From the NCBI RefSeq assembly GCF_000315625.1, contig NW_005434668.1, positions 115,184-179,183 on the forward strand: a stretch of DNA of 64,000 nucleotides, given 5' to 3'. A program made the translations under genes and the position numbers. Under the pieces are notes generated by a model. It did no database searches, had not been told where the DNA came from, and was given only the letters and a program-made list of their open reading frames with translations. Positions 53,851 through 64,000 of the stretch are shown here, in pieces; within the stretch, counting starts at the first letter, position 1; every line of letters begins with the position of its first letter. This DNA is from Guillardia theta CCMP2712. Its lineage: Eukaryota > Protista > Cryptophyta.

Positions 53851-54469
53851 GTGCCAGGCCCGAGGTCAATCGCTGTCTGTATGAGTTGCGAGGAGGAGCG
53901 CGCGACCCTGGCTGCAGCGCGCGGCGGTGATCACCGGATCATCCGCGTCCTACCCTGACCCCCCTCTTTAATGGGGTCAAGTACCGGTCCAAGATTATCA
54001 ATCCATGAAAAAGGGCCATATGGCCGAATGAGTTCAATGTCAGCTACGGCTTTAACTGGTCAAGCTCGAGCTGCCGTCTGGCCATGCCCTTGGGAGATCT
54101 TCTAAGTCTACCATTAAGTGCAAACGGTCTTGATGTGTGCCGCTTTAGGCTTCCCCTTTGACAGCCCGGCCTGAGCCACCCCACCCCCCTTTTAACAACA
54201 GCATGCGCGCATGGATAAGACCTCTTTGTTACCCTGCCAAACGCGTCGATTCAGAACTACATGTCTCCCTGCAGGCTCTCACCCCCTGCCGCCAACTCCG
54301 TCAGCAGGGGTAGATCGCTTAACGGATTGCCGCCGTTTGGGAATCTTGGAGAGTCTAACTGCGTCCGTGACCGTCAGAACCAGTAGTAATGATGCTATTT
54401 ATGTCACGTGATGACCTGCTGATTGAATTTCGTGTCATCGTCAGGGTACTACGTGCCCAGTCACCCGAC

Positions 54470-55160
54470 TGCTTTCGGAGTTCCGTATCGTAATTCATAA
54501 AACTTGATATCCGATGATCGCCGAGTCCCTCGGCGGCGGGATCGGATCTTTACTCAAAGTTAAATCAGTACGGCGGTTTAGAACGGAAATCATCAATTTC
54601 CAATCAACAAACCGGCGAACTTCGGAAGTTCCGAAGTTCCGGGCCGTTCAGCCTCAGCCGCTAGTATCAGTCGCCGCATTCCGGAACGGAGTTCGGAAGT
54701 TCCGAACGTTCCGGCGAGCGGGGGCCCGGCATCACGGATGAACAGTCCGATCACCGGGGCTGCCGCCGCCGGTCACCTGCGCCGCGATTCGGAGGTTCCG
54801 GCGCGGGGGCCGGCGGGCCGATCCGCCGATCAGATCCGATCCGGGCCCGGGACACCGGCGTGACTCGGCGGACCGTACTCTGGGATGCACCGAGGCGCGG
54901 CACCGTCCGCCGGGCCCGTGACCGTCGGACCGTCGCCGGCCGGGCCTGGACTTTTGCCGCGTGACCGTTCGACGGTGACGGTGACGCCGGGCCCGAGTTG
55001 CCAGTGAACCGCCGGTCCTGCGGACGGTTCAACGGTTACCGGGTCTTGCGGCTGCTGCGCACGGGCGCGGCGGCTCCTTTGTAGCCTAGTAGTGTGACTA
55101 AACTTGACCGTACCCGAGTCCAGTGACTAGGGGGCGGCGCCGGCGGCGGTATCAGTCTTG
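54470..55160. other. Intergenic GC-rich palindromic motif island
   Basis: Carries both shared motifs (54547-54563 and 54617-54634) plus several TTCGGAA/TTCCGAA words. Confidence 0.6.
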
Positions 55161-55228
55161 CATTGCCACCAGTGCGGCTCCGAAACGGTTGTCAAAATGA
55201 AATGGCCCGAGACATCGGATGAATTTTA

Positions 55229-56717
<1,489 letters not shown>

Positions 56718-57109
56718 GGCGCCTTGAAAAGCCTACAGGTTTTTCGATTTCTATAGGGTGAGGGTAGTCATCATACCCCCGATTGTCAGACCAAAAGTAG
56801 TGATATTTGATTGGTAAGGTACTGGGATGAACAGGTGGGTCCTTTCTGAAGGGTTGTCTTTCTGGGTACTGGAAGGGACTAGCAAGAACGATTAGTTATA
56901 CTCCGGGGTAGGGTATTCTTGCAGGGTGGGTGCCAAAGTACCCCCACCCCATACATACCGTGAAATGTAGGGAAAATTAGGTGGTAGAGGAGAAATCTGG
57001 ATACAATATCGGGGTGCCACGGTGGTTGATCTGGGAATTTAGGGGGGTCAGGGTAGATATAACGGCGCGGCTTGCAAGGATACTAGACGGTACCCGGCCC
57101 ATTGACCCT

Positions 57110-57420
57110 CAGCATGGCGCGGGGCACCGGGGCCCCGCCGCCGGGCCCCGTGAACTTGGAAGGTAAACTGAAGTCACTGAAGCTTTCGGACCGAAGCTGA
57201 GTAATCAAGTAAGTTCCAGGCCGCAAACTTTCCGAAGCCTGAAGAGCCGCCCCCAGTTTCGAAGTTCAAAGGACGAGGACAATCAGGAGAGTAGAGGAAT
57301 GGCGATCCGAGTCCGATCATCCCGAGTCACGCCCCGGCGCGGCACTGAGAGTCACGCGCGGCGGCCGACGGCGGCCCGGGCCGGGCCCGCCGATTGGAAT
57401 CGACTCACTGTCATGTAGTG
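57110..57420. other. Intergenic GC-rich palindromic motif island
   Basis: GGGCCC, GAGTC, GTCAC and TTCGGA/TTCCGAA words as in the other islands. Confidence 0.5.
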
Positions 57421-57582
57421 GTCATGTAGAGGAGAGTGTGTGGGATGAGGGACAGGTGTCTCAAGTCTTTTGATGAACTCGAAATGCTCTTGGAGCCAAT
57501 GGCGAGGACGAGGACGAGGACGAGGACAAGCGGGAGGGAAGAAGTGGATGATGAAGAAGAGAGGAGCTCATGTGAGTAGCTG

Positions 57583-57722
57583 GGAGGAGCAGGAGGAGCA
57601 GGAGGAGCAGCAGGAGCAGCAGGAGCAGCAGGAGCAGGAGGAGCAGCAGGAGCAGGAGGAGCAGGAGGAGCAGGAGGAGCAGGAGGAGCAGCAGGAGCAG
57701 CAGGAGCAGGAGGAGCAGGAGG
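57583..57722. repeat. GAG/CAG mixed trinucleotide repeat
   Basis: Tandem GAGCAG/GAGGAGCAG units. Confidence 0.9.
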
Positions 57723-58099
57723 TATTTCAAAATGGGGTATTGGTCAGTGTAAAGGGGATCTTATGTATATAACAACCATGAATGCAGCAGAAAAGTGGAG
57801 CGGACCTGGTTGATATCATTGTTATGGAGATTGAGATGTGCATGGTTGATATTTTCCTTGAAGGAGATTGAAATGTACAAGGTTGATATCTTCGTTGTGA
57901 AGATATGCTCAATGTTTTCTTAGTGAGGATTGAGATGCCATAACCCAATCAACGAACGGAGGATATAATTATGATGGTGAGGAGGGGATTGAGGCAAGAG
58001 TAGCGACGAGTCAAATGTGACATGTTCATTGAGGAACATGGCTGTCGTTTTGACATTTTTTCTGCTGAAACACTTCTTATGCAGAATTATTCCAAAATC

Positions 58100-58847
58100 A
58101 TGTCTTCGGAGGCCGAGATCAAGGACTTGTCTCCTCTGTTCGACATGAATTCTTTGGAATGCTTGAATCAGGATTCGTCACATGTTGTCACCAACTGCAT
58201 GAAACAGGTTCATCATGACGCACAGTGCCTGTGCAGCTGTTCTGTTGTGAAGATAATTCTGTTCTCTAGGGACCTCGTGACGACGATGCAGTCTTTCTTG
58301 CCAGCGATTGTGACGAGCAGCTCCTAATCAATCTGCGCTTCAAGCAGGCAGTGAGACTGCATTCCATCGCTGTCAAGGCAATAGACGCGGACAAAGGTAG
58401 CCTGAGACATCCACAGCCTTCATGGTCTCGCTGACATCGCCCTTTTCTATAGCTCCAAAGCATCTGAAACTCTTTTCGAACCCTGTGAACATGAGCTTCG
58501 ATTCTGCTGTTCGATTCTGTTGATTGAGGATGGGCGATCGCTGATTTTTGGGACAGGAATCTGATCAATGCACTCAAGAAGTGGAGTTCACCCCCGAGCA
58601 AGTCGCGGATGGGACTGTGATTAATCTTCGATACGTCAAGTTTCAAAACGTAACTTCGCTTTCTGTGAGTCTCTTGCCATCTTCACATCTGCTTGCTCAC
58701 AACATTTCACAGCTTTTCGTTGGCAAGAATTTCGGAAACGAAGACCAGACTGTAATACACAAGCTTATGCTGTATGGGACTGCAGGAAACAACACGAACA
58801 TGGGGGACTGGGAAAAGGTTGCGAAGAAGGCGATGGAGAATCAATAG
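58100..58847 (+). CDS. PITH-domain protein (TXNL1 C-terminus/PITHD1-like); multi-exon
   Basis: LECLNQ, LASDCDEQLLINLRFKQAVRLHSI, APKHLKLF, LRYVKFQNVTSLS, LYG..TNM. Confidence 0.9.
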
Positions 58848-58980
58848 TGATCTAGATACTGGACTTTGAAGTGAAGTATGAGGACTGCTCGTAAGTCGAA
58901 GAATATCCGTAGAACATCCTTCCATGTACCCTCATCCAAGGGCATCTCGCTCAGACATGATAGACCTGCACACCTTGTCT

Positions 58981-60349
58981 TTATTTCCGAAGAAGTTTCA
59001 GAATGTTTGGAACAAGCAACGGCGTGTTTGCCTTGTATAAACGATAATCTTCGTCACTGCCAAACCTCTTTTCCATCTTCTTCTCTGCAAGAGGTACGCC
59101 ACTGACTGAGATCAGCAGCCAGGAGATGAAGGCCGGGGAGAGAAAGGAGAGCAGGATCTCGTTTAGAGATCTGAGTCCCGACGCATCCAGTGCGCACAAA
59201 GCTGTCCAGACAAGGATCTCTCCAAAGTAGTTGGGGTGCCGCGAAAGACTCCACAATCCACTCCTGCAAAGAGTGTGTGCTGACTCCTTAGAGCGCTTGT
59301 GAATCCACTTCTGCCAGTCAGCGACAGACTCGATCGCAAACCCGGCGGCGAAGCACGAGGTCATAAGCCAGTCTACACCCCGCATCGCTACCTCTTCCTT
59401 CTGAAAGCAGAGCATCGAGTGCGGGATGAGACAAACGAACCCCCACATGGCGGAGGCGAACCAAAACAACATCATCTTGAAAGGGGTTGAGAAAACCTCG
59501 GACAGCCGGGCGTCCTTCCTGCGGCAAAGACTCAGTTTGCGATAAGACTGCAAGTCTTATCGAAGCAACTTTGTCTTCAATATCCGCAGGAACAGGAAGC
59601 TGGCTAGCCTGATGCTCCAAGTGGTGATGCACACAGTCGACACAAGGGCTCTCGTTCCTCCTCCATGCCCGATCAGCAACGACGCTATGGATGAGATCGC
59701 GAAAGACCCTACCAGACCTCTGTCACCATAAAAGTGTATCGCACAAAAAATCTCATGATCAGAGAATTGGCTCTTACCAGTCCCAATCAAGTCCGTCACC
59801 TGTCATGCAACGTCACAAATGTGCACTTCCTTGCATGAGTGCATCACCAGGTGTGTTCCCGTCAGAGCTGTTATCGCAAACCCGACTACATTCATCCCTC
59901 CAACAATCGCTGCGCTCGTCACAAGACCGCCAGCATTTGCCAGCGATGAGATAGTCATCTTGATCAGCCCTCCTCCTCGCAGCCTCATGGGTGCTTTTGC
60001 AACCTGGTGTTTTGCATGCAGAGGCAGAGGATTGGCAGAGGTCGGATGGAAGGCAAGAGCCTGGTAGGAACAGAACATCAGAGGTTCGTAGATCGGAGCG
60101 GAGGACGGGAGCAGAGCATGGGAAGAGGAGCACAAGTGACGCAGGAGGGACTGATAGCTCCTGTCATGTGATAGTTCGAGGCAACATGAGAAAGAGCAGA
60201 AGTGCAGCATGCCAGCTGAATGCGCGCGTCATGTGAGTAGAGGGCAGCATCGAGCAGTGGGGACCCAGGACAAACATGCGCTGTACGAGCATGAAGAGGC
60301 TAGCAAGTGGCTCAAAGAGCAAGAGCATGGCAGCGCAGTCCATCGGCAT
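58981..60349 (-). CDS. DUF1295 / steroid 5-alpha-reductase-like membrane protein with ALA-F transit-like leader ending RLRGG (first exon uncertain)
   Basis: TDLIGTG, WSIRLASFLFLRI, DARL, IESVADWQK, GLWSLSRHPNYFGEILVW, SGVPLAEK, YKANTPLLVP. Confidence 0.85.
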
Positions 60350-61001
60350 TAGAGTATGCTCCTCACTCCCTCGTTCCGCATCCTCCTACCTCTGCGCCCG
60401 CCATGAATCCTAGCAAGCAGATTGCGACCGCCCGCCGCATCGCCATTAGGATAATTGAGTAGGTGGTCAACTCGAATCTCGAGGGGTAGGGGTAGTCTCA
60501 AGTAAGGGCGCAACAAAATGACAAGGGTACAATAGATGGATTTTGTAGTATGAAAAGTACCGGTCTTTTACGTAGGTGGGTTGATAAGGGGGGTAGGGGG
60601 TTTCGAAAACGAAGACTAAGGGCGGGGGGTGGGGGGGGGGTCAATAGATTTTCAGAACAGGGTAGGGTAGGGTGGGGGCAGGATCCGTCGGGGACGATGT
60701 TGCAAGCACGGATGCACAAACTTGAGGCCATAAGAAGAGCTTACAGGTAAGGAGGAGGAGGAGGTGGAAGAGGAGGAGGAAGAGGAAGAGGAAGAGGAAG
60801 AGGAAGAGGAGGAAGAGGAGGAGATGAAGTGGAGGAGGAAGCGGAGGAGGAAGAGGAGGAGAGAAGGTGGAGACAAAGAGAGGACGGGGCGAGAAGATGA
60901 GAGGAGGATGAAAAGTTTGTGTCATCAGCACTAACTGGCCCGGACGATGATAAAGTGGTCCTATAAGTGATTGGCCGGAAAGAGATGCTGCAGTTCTGAA
61001 C

Positions 61002-64000
61002 ATGGTCTTTTGTCCATGCGGCATCTTGCTCACAGGGTCCTCTCGCTGGCAGATGGCTGACGGATGCATACCTGGTCGAGTTCTTCTCAGCGGACCATTG
61101 GCAACTGCTTCCAACCTCATGGCAGCACTTCTTCAAACTTCTTTCCCCATCCTCCTGTCAAAGAATCGCGTCGCAATGCTCTTCTCCTCTCCTCTTTCTT
61201 CAGGCTCTTCTTGCCGAGGCTTCTTTTTCCAGGTTCCAGTACATTCCTGCAACCATGCTTCCATGAGACTGCCCTTGGCTCTCCTCCAGTACCCGTCAAC
61301 ACGCTCCCCCTCCCCCCCTCTTCCTTCCTGTGCTCTGGTACTGACTTGCGTCTCCTCTCTGATCTGTCCCCATCTACCACCTTCCATACTTCCCTTCGTA
61401 GCGCGGGCCCTCCCCCTCTTTCCCTGCAGGCTTTGCTTGTCCTCCTCGACCAAACTTGTTTGCCGAGGGCATGCGATGAAGGGCAGGACATGCTGTGTTT
61501 CGATGTACATGGGAGAGCGGACACGTTTCGTCTGAATATGGAAGAGATCGGGGAGAACAGTGAGCTTGACAGCCTGTTGAGCTGGAAGATGAACTCAAAG
61601 AAGAAGTACGAAGTCGTCAGGTCGATGCAGAAGAATGAACATCTGGCTGCTGATATCGTGTTTGTTTGCAATCCCAGATTAGCCAAGTTTATAGACTTGA
61701 TGATCAAACGGGTGGGAATGTGCTTTTCCAATTATGGAGTGTAAACATCTTTATTTCAGAGGCGACCAGACGATTCAGGACGCGAACTCTGTGTTGTTGA
61801 TGTTGGTTCTGGGCAGAGTCATTTGAGCAGGTAGAGTTTGAGCTTGACGAAACGAGAGAAATGAGTTCCACACAGAGTTCTTGCATGGAAGTATGGATAT
61901 GATGTCAAGACACTCGAATCCAACTCCTGCAACGTAGCGACTGCAAGACACATCGACAAGCATGTCTGTGGTTGATCGCGCGAGATTTACAAGTGACGCA
62001 CCGTTTGCCTTCAGTTTCAGTACGAAAGATCCAAGAGAGAAGAAGATCAAGTCGATGTAAAGATTGATGATTCCAGCGTGAAGAGGGGAGAACTGCATCA
62101 TATCAAGTGAGTTCGGACAATTGCTGGTGTGGTTGCTCACTATCGTTTGTTTTGAAAGCTGTGAGCTGCAGGCCTTTGTGGAACCAACGAAGTTTCTCAA
62201 GATGTTGGGTATGCGCGATCGTTGCAACCAAGTCATGTGCTTGACAAAAAACGAAGATGATCGTCAAGATGAGTTGTCTTCATTGTCAAGTACAAGAGTC
62301 TTGCATGTCGTCTTACATTCAGAGTTACAAGTCGGGTAGATGATGATTGGAATCTGGCGCTTGTTGGGTTGCACCCTTGTGGAGATCTCATTCCAACAAT
62401 GCTCAACCTGTTCTCTCAGCTGAAACAGGTGAACATGGACATGTTGTAAGATCCGACAATGATGTTTGACAGGTCAAGCTTGTTTGTGCGGTTGGATGCT
62501 GTTACATGTGGTTGAGTGAAGCTACGGGAGAGGAGTGGAAACATGGAAATCATCACAACTTGTATGGATTTCCGCTGAGCAAGGCACTCAAAGAGTTGAA
62601 TGAGAAGCATGAAGATAATGACGGTCTCGGTTACCTTGCAAGAGAACTTGCCTGTCATTGCAACGAGAGGTGAGATTGTAAATGTTTCTTCTCATATCGG
62701 TATCTGTTGCGTATCATGTTAGAGGGCAGAATGCCTGTGCTTGAGCTGCTACTGCCGATGATGTCATTTATGATGATGCCGATGATGATTCTTATGATGC
62801 TGCTGGTGCTGGGGCTGGTGCTGGTGCTGGGGCTGGTGCTGGTGCTGGCGCTGGTGCTGCTGTTGTAGTCATTGATGATGATGATGATGATGGTAGTGAT
62901 GGTGGAGGTGGTGGTGATGGTGGTGGTGATGATGATGGTGGTGGTGGGGAGGAGGAGGAGGAGGTGGTGGTGGTGGTGGTGGTGGAGGAGGAGGAGGAGG
63001 AGGAGGAGGAGGACGAAATGACCATAATTCAGATATTCTCAACGAGCCATGCGCGAGATCGACGACGAATTGTCATCGTCGAGATGCCATTGTTACCGGG
63101 TGAGATCAATATGAAAACCAAGGACTACACATCGGCTTCAATGCTTATGTAATGGTCATGAAGATGATGATGAAGGTGATGGTGGGGATGATGGCGATGA
63201 CGGAGACAACTGCAATGATGTAGGAAAGTGTGAAGATGGAGATGTTGGTGTTGGTTGAAGCTGCTCGTGGTGATTGTTTGTATTGGTGAAGGCAGCAGAA
63301 TGTATTGTGGAGGTATCATGATGATTGTCTTTGCAGGCAGTCCTGCAGCTTTTGATTTCAGATGTTGTGAAAGTTATCGAGCACGAGCGAGAAAAGGCAA
63401 AAGAGGATGGGACGGAGGAAGAGAAACGAAAGCAGAGGATGGCGAGGACGGAGCGAGGGAACAGCGGGCTAGCGAGGAAGTAGGAGAAGGAAGAAGAGGA
63501 CATGGAAAAGATTCGGAAGAGACTGATGGTGAAGGAACGGAAAGGCCAGGAGAAAGAGCGGGGGGGGGAGGCAGGAGCAAAAACAACAGCAGCACAAGCA
63601 AGAGCAAGGGCAGAAGGATCACCAGGAGAAGGAGCAGGAGGGGGAGGGGCAGAAGGGGGAGGGGCAGAAGGGGGAGGGGCAAGTGTTTCAACGGCAGACA
63701 AGAAAACGTTTGACCGACTGGTGGAGCATGTGAAGAGTGGGGGAAAAATCTCAAGAATCCAAGGGATCAACCGAGTGAAGATGAGGAGGTAGAGGAGGAG
63801 ACTCAAGGGAGCGAGAGTGAGGTCAGGGGGGGGGAGGGGGAGGAAGGGGGGAGGAAGAGCGGGAGGGAAAGATAGATGCATGGATGAAGGGAAGAAGGAC
63901 GAGGGAGGGAGGGAGGGAGGGAGAGAGAGAGAGAGGAGGGAGGGAGGAGGGAGGGAGGGTAGGTTCGTTACGGAAAGGGAAGAAGTGGGAAGGAACGCAC
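61002..64000 (+). CDS. METTL25/RRNAD1-like SAM-dependent methyltransferase; multi-exon; ends not resolved
   Basis: MNSKKKYEV, VVDVGSGQSHLS (~61793), LVGLHPCGDL (~62360), AVGCCY (~62490), later YRAR. Confidence 0.75.

Overview
Gene-dense eukaryotic nuclear DNA, most likely from a cryptophyte alga (Guillardia/Hanusia-like). This is an inference from bipartite signal+transit leaders with Phe at +1, a plastid-type GapC1, ~45-55 nt spliceosomal introns with frequent GC donors and microsatellite-filled introns. About 20 genes were assembled by hand-splicing: ribonucleotide reductase R1, BTAF1/Mot1, an HsdR-like SF2 translocase fused to a TFIIS-like module, an LHC-like protein, an HSF-like putative transcription factor, a TM-ARM-RING-H2 ligase, two head-to-head CASTOR/POLLUX-like channels, shugoshin, DUF1415, an apparently tandem double Y-family DNA polymerase, an RWP-RK factor, plastid GAPDH, PITH, DUF1295 and a METTL25-like gene. 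The most notable observations are four. (1) A nuclease-less type I restriction motor is spliced in frame to TFIIS domains I-II-III that lack the catalytic acidic hairpin. (2) Three unrelated genes have a signal-peptide-like leader followed by a ubiquitin C-terminus mimic (R/G)LRGG, including a Mot1 with signal peptide and SAM domain. (3) Two Y-family polymerase domains appear to lie in one gene. (4) Recurrent intergenic GC-rich palindromic islands share exact 17-18 bp motifs. All gene models and family calls come from reading motifs by eye; no searches were run.
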